Assembly (NCBI GenBank): GCA_002633005.1
Contig: NMRA01000045.1
Span: forward strand, 62,001-126,000
DNA: 64,000 nt
Source of the DNA: Phoronis australis
Taxonomy: Eukaryota; Animalia; Phoronida
Reading direction: 5' to 3'
Positions within the stretch are counted from its first letter, which is position 1; each line of letters opens with the position of its first letter. This document shows positions 1 to 12,662 of the stretch, piece after piece. A model generated the notes under the pieces. It was not told where the DNA came from and searched no databases. It saw only the letters and a program-made list of their open reading frames with translations. A program made the translations under genes and the position numbers.

Positions 1-943
1 TAATCATCTACTGGTGTGCTTAGATTTTGTTTATGGCACCTCTGCTCAAGATAAGTGTATAGTGTATTTGGCCGTAGGGCCTACTGCCAGACGAGGCTGG
101 AAAAGATTTGTGCTTTCACGACTCCAAACGCTAGTATTGGCTGAGAAAACATTATACATTAGCCGTGATTGTACCATCACAATTGATACATGTAAAGTGT
201 GGACTGACCAAAACCCCGGCATTCCATGAAAATATTGGATTAAATAAGAAAACACAACAGCAGGTTTTTACTAAAGTTAAATAGATTGCATAGGTACAAA
301 TAATGTATTTCCCAATGAGTTTCAAATTGGATGGCCTTTAATTCGAATATAAGCCTTATTGGTGGCAATTTACATGTACATGTATGATATGCACTGACAA
401 GTTCGAAGTTGTTGAATGTGTTGTGTACGACAGACATCAGAAGTTAAATCACCAGAACTATACGCTGGGCTTGTTTTCACAAAATTATCCACTTCAATCT
501 TGCGAGTACATTGGCAATTTGCGAGTTGGGATTTTTTACATTAGAAGCACATATAACCATCTCTTGAATTGAAAAAGAAATTATTTGCAAGGACAGCACC
601 ATTACCGAATCCCGAAAAATAAAGAAAGACAAAATTATTGTGTTTATTGTTTAATTCATGAATTCTTATATGAAGTACAAATGATGTAGCTACTCACTGT
701 TTGAGAATAACAGAACAAGGGTTTGGAAATAGATAATTCAGAAAATGTAATATATTTTTATGGGTTTAATATGGATAGCAAAACAGTTTCATGAAACTTG
801 AAAGAAGGTTAAGAATTACCTCACCATACCTTTCCCGGACACTATTACCAGTTGCACCAAGTTTTTCAACCTCAACCCCCTATGGCAACCTCCCGCCAAG
901 AACCTAAATAAGTAAATTAAGAAAACAACTTACATACCTTTCT

Positions 944-1139
944 TTAAAAATAGCTGTCCCTTTTCAAAAGCTTTGTTCTTTGTTTCCGATATAGAAAGTA
1001 GGCTTTGACAACAGATCTGCACTGAATAGGAAGTTCTTGCTGGTTAGCTGCAGTCAACTGCTTAAAACCAAGTTTTGTCCATTCAGGAACGGTTGCAGAA
1101 GCGATGCATATCTCCTCTGCACGGTAGTAGCCCTCAAAC
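944..1139 (-). other. Possible exon or pseudo-exon of an unidentified minus-strand gene or transposon protein
   Basis: Acceptor TTTTTAG at 1140 followed by open frame FEGYYRAEEICIASATVPEWTKLGFKQL...; donor-like GTATGT at 937 lies just past a stop. No family recognised. Confidence 0.25.
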
Positions 1140-2393
1140 CTAAAAACCAAAGGTTCAGTGAAAACAGCTAGACATGTCAACGTTTAATAGATTTCCGGAC
1201 GATATAGGATAGGGAGTAAACAAATAGTCTTATGGATATTTTGAGACATACCCTTTGGGCTTGGATTGTAATCTTACCTCACTAACCAATATCGAGTTGA
1301 CAACATACATGTAAACATTCAGCATTGATTGATGTAACTGGCATTGATAAACCGGTTAGAATCATTCCAAATATATATATAATAATACATTCATGTACGA
1401 AAAGATCCCGAGTCGAGTGCGTCTAGTGTCGTAACACACATCACAACAAACAATGATTAAAGGCGAAGGCAACCTTTTTTCATGTCATTTTTAACAAAAA
1501 TGAGTTTCGTTGATTATCCCAGACATATTTTTCAATTATTTACTGCTTTTCGTAATTTAATTAATTACTCGTCGTCTACTCCGGAAGTGACGTTTTGGGA
1601 GGCAAGAATTTCGCGCCAATTTCTTTTCATATAGTCTGACTGTGAGAGCAGTCGAGTCAACCATTGTTCTACCTCGGTTGTGATGAGTTCGGTCGTCGTT
1701 TGCTTTTGCTTACGAGTCAGTCAACATGCCGTCCTTTTACAGCCACCATTCACTCGTACAGTAGGTGTCTCATGGAAAAATTATTTTGTGAGTTGTTCGC
1801 AGCTTGTCCTTGCATAACTTGCATCATTTGCAAAATTGGAATAGTGGAGTTGTTCTCGAATAGATTATAGATCTACTTTTGTCTAGAGCTATTATATTCA
1901 ACACAAAGCTGTCGAGGGAAAACTAGTTAGTACATCAGTGTATTACCTGTTAGAGAAAATCACGGTAAACTGCAAAGACGTCCAAAATAATATGATTACG
2001 GACTCTTGTTTTTCTTATTCTACTCTCCGAAGGTTACCTACGGTACATACGGTTTGCCATCACATAATTGAAGCTTTGGTATAAATATGAGCCGCATTTT
2101 AAGCTTTACACAGTATGATAATGGTCACCAATTTCAAGGTACAACGGCACCTCCCTAACCAAATATAGGATAGGCTCTGTGCCCCACCCCAGGGTAATGG
2201 CTGATAAAGCCAACAGGAGTTAGCCGTATCAGCCTACATCTGTATTGTATGCCGAGAGAAGTGACCAGTGATAGTTTATTCCGTAGCAACCCTCTCTTGG
2301 AGGTATGGCAGACACCATGAAACATCATGGGATTCATACAGAATCATGTTTAAATCACAGGCATCCTCATTTTCAGGTCGTCCCCAATGCGCC

Positions 2394-2396
<3 letters not shown>

Positions 2397-2476
<80 letters not shown>
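2397..2476. repeat. (AT)40 microsatellite
   Basis: Perfect dinucleotide run; explains the IYIYIY ORFs. Confidence 0.98.
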
Positions 2477-2478
<2 letters not shown>

Positions 2479-2995
2479 CAAGGTATGACACTCGGGACTA
2501 GAAATTCCACGGGTGCTTCACTTCAGCCGTCCATATCAAACACAAAACTCAATACATTTACATAAACCAGGTGTTCAACAAACCATGACCAATTGTTCTT
2601 TCTTCTAATGCCATTCACGGTATCCTCCTCTAGCGAGTTCGTAACAAATTTACCGTAGTTAATGTACTGGGGACAATCAGAAGCTGAGGGCGCCTGTGGT
2701 TTGAATTAGCCTTTGCGGCGTGTCCGTGGCTGTTTTTTGGGTCGGGATACATCGAGCAGAAATCCTTAACAGGCACAAACCCACGAAATGAAGCAGATTA
2801 CGATCTACGTGCTCGTTCCCTGCCCGTTAATTGATCAACAGTAAGCAGTTCAGCAACACTCACCATGTTGTAGCATAGACAGCTCGCCTAATAGACCAAA
2901 CATAAACATGTGCGATTCCTACCCAGAAGCTTGATGAAACAATCATACAAGCGAGGAACCGACCTCGGTTTCGCCTGCTGATTTGGTGGAGTACT

Positions 2996-3157
2996 AAGTC
3001 TCGATAGAGGTAGTAGTTCTGTCGATAAAGATTGTAAGTCTATCACTAGAGTTAATAAGTCTATCCATAGAGATAATAAGTCTATCGATAGAGATACTAA
3101 GTCTATCGATAGAGAAATGAAATTTATCGATAGAGATAATAAGTCTATCGATAGAGT
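2996..3157. repeat. ~21-bp minisatellite, ~8 copies, palindromic core
   Basis: Unit AAGTCTATCGATAGAGATAAT with core TCTATCGATAGA. Confidence 0.85.
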
Positions 3158-4233
3158 TCACAACAGAGAAAAAATTTGCCGTTCCGTCCTTTACATTATT
3201 TTGTATTGCCAGCTATATTGATCGCATTTCATTCTTTTTAGGTCGTCCATTTTTATAGTTATTTCACCCGCACACAAATGTGATGGTGGTAATACGACGA
3301 AGTACATACACACAATGGGTCTTTATTACCATACCTCAAATTCACATGTACATATCTATTTGTGAATGTATGTTTCACATGTTTAGCTGTAGTGAACAAA
3401 GCCCTCAATCAAATTAGCTTGGTGCTGTTCCCTATCACAGTAGAGCAAGGTGTCCGAATGTTGTGGGAACATAATGTTGTAAAGTGAAGCGCAGTGGCAT
3501 TGGAATATAGAATACAGCAGCTTCTGCGGAACACATGTATCGCACTGTGCTGTCTTCCAGTAAATGGAGTCTAACCACACACCTCTTTCAACGTGTCCAG
3601 TACCTGACCCTGTATTGCATGCAGGTACTCTCGCCGATTGGGTTCATGGAGGATTGGTGTTCATAGGCAGTAAATTTCAAAGACCTTGGCACAATAAAAT
3701 TCTTCGCTCCCTCTTTCCCATTTATGAACATCATGATGAAGTTTTCAACCAATAATCGAGATTTTTAAATAATTATTTACAAAAAGACTTTTTCGTAGTA
3801 ACCGGAACCTGTAACAGAGAAAAGAAAAACAACAAATATACTTGGGAGCCATTTTGATACATCAGTGTTCTCCACCGCCAGTTTTAACATGTCGCTTCAA
3901 GAGGGTAGAGTTCAGTAATGATAGAACTTCGCAAAAATCTAACCAAAATCACGCGTTCTCATTTAAAATACACGCAACATCTCAAGTAATCTTGCGAAGT
4001 CTTGCATTTCAACGAAGTCCTAGCGTTAGTGAACTCAGGGCAGGTCTGTTGGTGCTCCATCAGGTTTGAGTAACCGGCAACATACGGGCTTTTTTGCCCA
4101 TAACAAAGAATGCCTGCCCGATCGAGTCCAGTTAGGACTTTCTGACAGGTGAGGATTATCACTATTATTTAGCATGACACACTCAATAACAATCTTAATA
4201 TATGTCAGAATATAGACTGACAATGTTTTAAGT

Positions 4234-4973
4234 TGTAACGTTTTTTTTTTTTTCTGTTTGATTGGCATGACCCCTGAGTTAAGCAAAGTGATTATGTAAT
4301 TTGTTTACTGCAGAATAGTAAGGAACTTTATAGAAGACTGAGGTCAATACAATGATGATGTCATTTGTTTACTACAGTATAGTGAGAAACTCTAGCATGA
4401 CAGTGATTGATGTAGTCTTTAATATTCTAGAGAATAGTACATGTTTGTAGAATGGTTGGGTAGATTCAGTAAAGTTCTAGAATGTGCTTGAATTGATGTA
4501 AAGTTCCAGAACGATGCATTAGGCTATAAATACACAAGCACGGGTTTGTGTTAGTCAGATCAAGTTGAGTACAAGAAGATCAAGTCAGAGAGATCAAGTC
4601 AGTTCAAGAGAAGATCAAGTCAGTTCTAGAAAGTTCATCAGGAGAATTACAGTAGAGTTGCAGTGAAGAGAATCAGCAGTTACAGCGATAGTCAATAGAG
4701 AACCAGTTGTAGAGACAGCAGGTTATTGAATCGACGAGTGTAACAGTTGCTGAACGTGTCTCAGAAGTTCATCAGAAGTCAAGGTTTCGCAGCACTGGCT
4801 GGAGCATAGAACAGACATTACGGCGGACGTTTTGTTTGAGTAGACTTGTGAACATACGGTCGGGATTAATAAAGATTGACTCGAACCAGTCTTCAGGCAA
4901 TCGTCGCACCGAAAGCACTTAGCACCGGTCTGTAACAACCTGCGCCCACCCACACACGGGGAAAAACGTGACA
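4234..4973 (+). mobile_element. Solo LTR-like element (Gypsy/BEL type)
   Basis: Termini TGTAACGTTTTT...AAAAACGTGACA (TG..CA inverted ends), TATA-like GGCTATAAAT at ~4523, AATAAA at ~4868, internal GATCAAGTCAG repeats. No clean TSD. Confidence 0.65.
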
Positions 4974-5125
4974 ATTTAATTAAATCAGTTCTTGGCCACA
5001 GCAAGATTAAAAACCGGACGATAGCCGCACGAATGAAGAAGATCATGTTAAATCAACGTTTCGTCTATTCGTTAGACATCATCAAGATATAAACATAGCA
5101 CAGCAAGTGCAACATACAGCTGGAC

Positions 5126-5149
5126 TGCGCATGCTCGAAAAATGGCGGC
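5126..5149 (+). promoter_or_regulatory. Putative LINE internal promoter (NRF1-like TGCGCATGC, YY1-like AAAATGGCGGC)
   Basis: Motifs lie at the apparent 5' end of the LINE, just before ORF1. Confidence 0.4.
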
Positions 5150-6252
5150 TGCTTTTTTAAATTTGCTCCCATTCATTGGATGATTCTGAGTGGCAAATTG
5201 TACGTAAACGTAAACCAAGCAAGGACAGTAGCGAGTTAAGGACAACCATGAACCGTACAGGTGATAAAGGTATTAAAAAGTTTTTAATTCTCAACCTACA
5301 ATTAGTGAAGCTATATCAAGCATGCCGACCTCTCCAGCTCCACGTGATCATCAAGGTGAGATATCTGAACTCATGTTGAAAGAAATCCAAGATCTAAAGT
5401 CAGCACAAGATGGGCTTATAAAAACGTTTGAATCCAAAATGGATAAAATACGCCATGAGATTACAAATTATATTGATACCAAGCTAAAATCCTTCAAGGC
5501 GGATATTGACATGGGTTTTGCATGTCTCGAAAACCGTGTCAGCGCGTTGGAGAAGCAGATTTAGTCATTTAGAACGACCCTTTGAAAAACAATGACTTGT
5601 GTATTATCGCATCAGGCATAGTCAACGGAACCCGACCTTTACGCGAAGTGATTGAAGAACTGTTGTGTGGCATGATGTGTCCTTACTGGATTGCACGGGC
5701 CGGTGAACGCTCGACAAGGGGATGCCAGACCTCCCTTGGTCAAATTAGCTGTTGAGTCACTGGCTCAAAAACTTTTAGTGCTGCAGAACAAGCAAAATTT
5801 AAAGGGCACGCCTTTATTTCAACGACTTTTTCTTCGTGGATGCAAATCTCTCACTGGCAGGTTAATTGAAATTAATTTCAAAACAATCATTGAAACTTTG
5901 CCGAACAACAAGGAATTCGAGATCCCTTCAAATGGTCGAATTGTGAGAGTGGCCACAGGTGAGGAGGCTGACTCGGGGAACAAAACAGTTCGTGGTGCAG
6001 AATAGGACAGCGTTTTGAGGATTTGCGAGGCCGGTGTCTGTGGTTGGACTAGAAACAATTCATTGCTCCTTGAACAAGTGCTGTCTTCATTCAACGCCTA
6101 GAAACTCATTTACATGCAAATAAATCTATTACTTTGCCCGGTTATTGTTGGTACGGACACAATAGGCAGCTTATAAACAAGCGGGCCCCAAGAGGTTCGG
6201 GTGCGGTGAGAATATTTGTTAAAAATGATTTGTTTAAAACATATTAAACTGA

Positions 6253-7158
6253 CTAGCCGCTACCCGGGTAGCAGCTAGTGGGAAACGCCGACTGGAAATA
6301 GCTACACCTAAGAGTGAACCGAGTGTTCATCGCAAGAGACAGGAATATTACTAAAGAGACCGTGTTCAAAGCTTCAAGCAGAGTTTCAGACACTGTCAGA
6401 TATTAGCAAGCAAGGTGTGCGGCTGCGGGATTCTTTCCGTAGGCAGTACAAATTTCTTTCCAGAACATCCACCTTGCCCGTTACAGCCGTTCATAGAAGT
6501 AAAAATCTATTAAACGTTAAAAAAGGGAAAATCTGTCGTCGTTTTGAAAACAGTCCATACTCGTGACACGCGCACGTAGGCCTACGCGCCATTTCCCTAA
6601 AACTTTGCGATATCTCTCGAGAGTTTGATCTGAAATTGAGTTTTCTGGTATTAAAAGAGTAAAAACTTGTAACGAAACGAAATCACTTCCGATTGTTATG
6701 ATCTGTACACAACCTCGCAGTTGATTGAAGAACATGGAAATTGGCCAATAGGTGACTCAATGGCGCCCAAAGAGCGCATAGCAATTTTAGCAGCAGAATA
6801 ACTGAAGAACGCCAATGTTCCAACACCCGGGTAAATAATTTAGTTTACCCAAGGAAGAGTAAACAATTTTTAATGAGTCATCATCAATTTGGGTAGCGAC
6901 AGACCCGATAAATTATATACCGGAGGGAGTGAAATTAAGCCGACCGACTGACGTCACCAAGGCCAGTACGAAGCTGGCCACCCTCCTTCCGCGTCCGCGA
7001 AAAAACGGCCCGCGAGAAAAAATATAAGACACCTCAAATCCTAATAGGGGGCCGGTACAATACCTGGGACCAGGGCGGTGCCGAAACGGGCGCAACGAAG
7101 GTCTGTAGTGGAGCGGGGGAGACGGAGTTTGTGCAAACGATGCATTTTATATAATAGA
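6253..7158 (-). mobile_element. Non-autonomous Helitron (906 bp) inserted in the LINE endonuclease
   Basis: Minus strand starts TCTATTATATAAAA and ends with hairpin GCTGCTACCCGGGTAGCGG + CTAG; inserted between A and T; removal restores the APE frame (KTY*T|DIVDKSCDGILAL). Confidence 0.9.
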
Positions 7159-8744
7159 TATTGTTGATAAGTCGTGTGATGGTATATTAGCTTTAAGACT
7201 AACCCATATGCACTCAGACTATTGTATAATTGTATTCTTTTGCTATTTACCACCTGAGAATTCTTCAAGGGGTTGTGATCCAGATAGTTTCTATAGCCAT
7301 CTATTATGCCAGTTATATTTACATGCAGATATAGCAGATGACGTTTTTATATGTGAAGATTTTAACCCGAGAGTGGGTAACTTGAATGATTACATTCCAG
7401 ATGTTGATTGTCAAGTAAATTAACGAGTCGTAATTGATAAAGTTGTAAATAGTCATTGTGGAAGTTTGATTGACTTTTAGCTCGGTTCTAAAACTTGCAT
7501 AGTCAATGGTAGGAAAGAGATTAGTAAAGATAACTTCACCTCAATAAGTCATAGAGGAAGAGCGGTTGTAGATTGCTTTATTGTCCCCCATTAGTGGCTT
7601 CAGTCTTGTCTTAAATTTAAGGTTCATGTTTGTACAGAGGTAGTTGACAAACATCTTTTACAGGGTCTATTATCGGAAAAGTCAAAACTGCCTGATCACA
7701 GTGTATGGTTAGTAGAAATTATGCTACACGTTCCAGTAAATATCAGTGACGAATCTGTAGAGGATCACGGTACAGATAACTCCTTTGATATGCGATTTAG
7801 AAAACGGTTTAAATTAAATTCTATTCCTGGTGCATTCATGGATAATGAGATTTTTAAAAGGGCGATTGGAGAGTTGCTTTTAATATTAGAAAATGAGTGT
7901 CGAAGACAATATGAAGTTGATGAGATTTATAACTCCCTCTGCGAAATTATAAAAACAGAAATAGAACTGCATTTAAGATGTACTAAAAGTTGTAATAAAA
8001 ATTTGAGAAAAACAAGCCCTTTTGGAATGATGAATTAATGCAACTTTGGAAAAACGTGGCCAAAAAAGAAAAAGTATTTCTCAAAGAAAAAATACTAAAC
8101 GACGAAGGGAGCAACTGTATGAATATAAGAACTCTAGATATTACTTTGACAAATGATTCAGGTTTTTAAAAAGGCAGTATTTGAAAAATAAATTAACACT
8201 GATTGAAGAATCATGTGAAAATGACCCCAATGTTTTTTGGAAGGAACTCAAGAACTTAGGACATCAGCTCAAGAAGAGACATGAAAATACTATTCCCTCA
8301 GAAAGATGGGAGGCCAGTTTTAGAGATTTATTTTCGAAAATTCCAATGGCAGAAAGTCAAAACGTAGAGGATTTGGAGAAAGCAATGCAATATTCTGAAC
8401 TTTCGGGTCATGTAAAGGATTTACTGGAAAAAAGTTTTTTCGTTTTTTGAAGCTTATTCTGTTATTCGCAAATTAAAATCGGGTAAGGCCACTGGTATAG
8501 ACGGGATCCCATACGAAGTGCTATATTTTGGTCTCGCTCTTTCAGAAGGTCTTTGACACTGGATTTATTCCATCATTATGGTACAAAGCGATTATCACCC
8601 CTATACCGAAAGGATCAGATAGAAATTTGAATTTACCTTACAATTATAGAGGCATTATCTTGCTCTCCACCGTGAGCAAAGTGTATTGTAATGTACTAAA
8701 CAGGAGATTAACCGAGTTTCTGAATATCCTGACTTTCGATCATG

Positions 8745-9020
8745 CCTTTGCTTGCTGCTAACATGGATTTAGCAAGCTTAAAACTGTTGATTCTGGCAGT
8801 CTGACTGAACACGTCACCACTTCACCTTAAATAAAATGCATACGTAAAATTTGCACAGCCACATAGAATTGCCTTGATACGATGCTGCTCGAGAATTACA
8901 CATAAACGTGGAATACTCAAATACGCAATTGGTATCGACGGAAGTTATAATAAAGCTCTTCACATCATGGTCATGGATGCGTTTTTTTAAAGAAAATTAG
9001 TTCCGTTGGTCGACTATTCT
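8745..9020 (+). repeat. Dispersed ~275-bp repeat, copy 1 (within segment replacing LINE RT core)
   Basis: Highly similar to 11765-12040 (GCTGCTAACATGGATTTAGCAAGCTTAAAACTG...GTCGACTA). Confidence 0.9.
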
Positions 9021-11764
9021 TCATTTGTGTTACACTCAGATACTTATAACATTCTCTTAAATTCACAATGCGATCGCACAAAATGAATTCAAAACTCGTT
9101 CTTACATGTTCCCTCTTGCGAAAATGAATCACATCAGTCTTAGAAAATTTTACAGATATTTGCCACCTTCATTTTGTGCGATCGCATTGTGAATTTAAGA
9201 GAATGTTATAAGTATCTGTGTGTAACACTGAACGAGTTTATGGATTTCAGTTTGACAGCTGAGATACTGGCAAACTCCGCGTCTAGAGGGTTGGGAGCTC
9301 TGGTGAGCAAGTACAAACATACATGTATTGGTAACATGGGTTTCAACAGTTACAGTAAATGTTTTGAAATGTCAGCAGCTTCAATTCTAGAATGTGGTTC
9401 TGGAATTTGGGGATACTCTCAATATTCCAAATGCGAAATGATCAGAACGAGAACGCTACGTATATTCTTAGGGATCCACAAGTATGCTGCCAATGCAGTA
9501 CTTTATGGCGACTCAGGCTGGCCAAATTCACACTACAAACAACATGAAAATAGGCTGAGGCTCTGGAATCGTTTAGTTCTAATGGATGAAAGCAGAATTT
9601 CAAAAAAGTATTTTTATGGGACCTTAAACATCGGAACTCCTGCAATTGGTCAAGTTCAATATTTAAAATTATGGAGAAATGCGACTTTTTAGAAAATTTC
9701 AGGAACAAACAAATTGTGTCTCTCGAAAACTTCAAAACATTCAAGTTCCAGTTACAAGAGTTAAACTGGTTAAAATAATCACTGAGAAACCAAAACTGTG
9801 CTTATGTAGGTCTGTTAAGAATGACTATTGTGTAGAAGAGTATTTACGTCTGCCGGTGTCTCAGAGGTCCGTCATAGCTCGATTGAGAGCAGGCATTCTA
9901 TCATTAGAGGTTGAGGTGGGGCGGTACTTCGGAATTCCTGTGAATGAACGGATTTGTCGTGTTTGTAAAAACGGAATCGAAGATGAATTTCATTTCATTT
10001 TTGATAATTGTGAAAAATATACTCACATTCGAGCATTTTTATACGGAATTCTGCCCTACCTCAAATATTCCAAAATAACTTGAAAGGTCTAGCGAAATTC
10101 ATTCAAGACGCTTTGCAGTGTAGAAGTAAGTATTTGTTTATAAACTAGTCTGAAGTGGTCATATTTGAGCGTGTGCAACATGTTATGTAATGGTTTAATT
10201 ATTATTAAGTGACTGAATAAGCCCCTTGAGGCTGGGGGTGTGGTGAATATTCTGTCTTAGAGATTGTATTTACTGGCACCCTTATGTCACTATAATAAAT
10301 AAATAATAAGAATAAAGGCTCAGGTGACATCCATGAAGTGAAGTGAGAGATACAGAGTAGTCAGCAGCTGGTCATCACCATAGTTGCAGGGTCACTGAGA
10401 GCTGCAATATTCCGCAGCAGGACTGATTCCACATCAGCCGAAATGAATGATTAAAACGGGAAACGCGAAACTTTTGAAGAGATGACACTGTAGTTGTAAG
10501 CCTACGCCGGAGACAAAAGAAGACCCCGGCGCGACTGCATGGGCTCGGTTCGCTTTTTACAACACATGGACAAAAATATATTTACATGTATCTATGGCAC
10601 TGCACTAAAGACTGGTATAAAGATCTTGGCCACTTACCTATAATATAAAAGTACTTTTAACGGAAAGAATAAGCGAGGAACTCTCACCTCGTTATCGTGG
10701 CAGCGAACGGGTGCGCTTAAAAAACCGAGGCCGCCCCTTCGCTTTATTCGAATTTCAAAAAATTATTCAACGTTGACATATTGAGCACGCGACTTAGCAG
10801 GTGTAAACGGTAAACACAGGCCGCGGACGAATACCCCCGAATAGTGTTTGGCTTTGAGAAAGTAGCGCGTACGCCGGATCGACTCAGTCCACGACTCATT
10901 AAGACAAAGAAAAAACACATTGGGGATTTGCAACCACAGAAACCGGCGCTTTTCCGTCGCGGGAATAATTGGGAAAGAGGCGTCGGGTAAGGGGAGGGTG
11001 TTCTCGTGGCCACTCTCGAGAAGTTTCTGTCCGATGGCAGTTGCCCACTCAACATCCGGGTCTGAAGTTAGCGTTTTAATATATTGATTGGATTTGTAAA
11101 ATGATGCTACAGGTACCAATATATCCTTTATTCGTTCCATTCTATCTTATGGCTTTTTAATTGTTGAAAAAGCACTTGCTAGGATTTATTGCAGTGGTAG
11201 TCATGGCAACTATTTTTCTACTTTCAAAAAATAATACTGGTTTTGAGATACTAGTCTTTAGTTTTAGATTGACTAATGAATACATGCATTAGATTTACGC
11301 ACCTTTTATAGATTTTTAACGAAGGTGTTTCCAAGTTTGGTACACGGGGGTTGCCTTGACATAAGTGTTTTGGAACATACTTGGTAGAACAATCAGTTTT
11401 TACTATAGGCTATTTATACTCTGACGCGTAACTCAGTATACTGTTGTAATTCCAAAATACCTGGTTACCCTGGCAACAGTGCAGGTTCAAGCTTGGCAAC
11501 TGCACGAGGGTCACTAAAATTATTTGACCGTGGTCACCTGTCTTACCATGACTGCCATCAAGCTTAAAATCGGTGATCTTGTTTGTGAAAATACCTGGTC
11601 ACCATGCTAACAATCACCAATTCAGCTCCAACAATGAGTCAACCCAAGTACTTCTGTCAAGTTTTCTTTTTCATAATTTACATTCAAACGTGAAGTTGGC
11701 TGACGAATACCTGATTACAATAGCAACGGTGCATATTTCAGCTTGCAACCACCACCTACCCTGA

Positions 11765-12040
11765 CTTTGCCTGCTGCTAACATGGATTTAGCAAGCTTAA
11801 AACTGTTGATTCTGGCAGTCTGACTGAACACTTCACCACTTCACCTTAAACAAAATGCATACGTAAAATTGGCACAGCCACGTCCATTTACCGTGATGTG
11901 ATGCTGCTCGAGAATTACTCGTCAACTTGGAATACTCAAATGCGCCTGTGGTATCGACGGAAGTTGTATATCAATTGAGCCCTTCACATCATGGTCATCA
12001 ATGCGTTATTCAAAGAAAATGGGTTCCGTTTGTCGACTAG
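11765..12040 (+). repeat. Dispersed ~275-bp repeat, copy 2
   Basis: Direct repeat of 8745-9020. Confidence 0.9.
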
Positions 12041-12343
12041 TCGTTATTTTTTTGTGAAAACACCGTACTAATATGGATTACACCCTGATCATGTGACTTA
12101 AAAGAGATTTGGTTGGCCTTTAACGTAGCGAATCTATTCTTTGTAGGAACTTGTAACCTAAGTCTGTATTAGTGTTCACGTAACATCAATTTTCTTGTCG
12201 ACCATTAACCAGTGTACTTATACCTAGATTCACTAAAGTACTTTATATGGATTTGAGCTCAAATAAATGCATTGTTATAATTTTTATTTTTATTTTTATT
12301 TTTATTTTTGGTGTTACTGGAAGTAGAATATGATTCATTTCAG

Positions 12344-12662
12344 GAATTCAGCCACTGAGTACAAACCGTTCGGGCCTCTCGCTGAGAAAACGCTTCTGTG
12401 TATTCGAAGCCAACTTATGGTAACTACAGATGAAGAGATACAAACCTCTTTATGGGCTAAAATGAAGAGAATGGGGCTAAACAAGCTTTACGTGATACTT
12501 CACAAGACCGAAGTGAACCGCTTCTGGTGTGAAAAGATGAAGTCTTTGGGAATCATTGATGAGTTTAATGTTGACGGCTTGATCCACGAGACCGAGGATG
12601 GCCGCACTGTTGAAGAAATCGGCGCCGGAATAATCGAATGGCTGAAGCAGAGAAACATCAAT
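12344..12662 (+). CDS. ATP-grasp ligase exon (N-terminal pre-ATP-grasp region)
   Basis: TTTCAG acceptor, GTGAGT donor, open frame NSATEYKPFG...KQRNIN; starts in phase 2. Confidence 0.7.

Larger units (their letters stand above)
5124..10316 (+). mobile_element. Degenerate near-full-length non-LTR retrotransposon (ORF1 + APE + RT + C-terminal Zn finger; RTEX/Proto2- or CR1/L2-group)
   Basis: ORF1 pieces 5176-6005 (coiled coil); APE motifs GSGAVRIFVK, YLPPENS, EDFNPR, VVDC, LPDH; RT-proximal KATGIDGIP and NYRGIILL; C-terminal GRY..ERICRVC..EDEFHF; AATAA-rich tail 10292-10316. Many stops and frameshifts. Confidence 0.9.

Noticed and set aside
820-937. Second minus-strand exon 903-820 following 1139-938
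   Set aside because: Implied intron is only ~34 nt and the phase-matched frame has stops.
2268-2501. IYIYIY ORFs on both strands
   Set aside because: Translation of (AT)40.
10744-11140. Overlapping minus-strand ORFs of 103 and 125 aa
   Set aside because: No recognisable motifs or splice support; likely repeat DNA.
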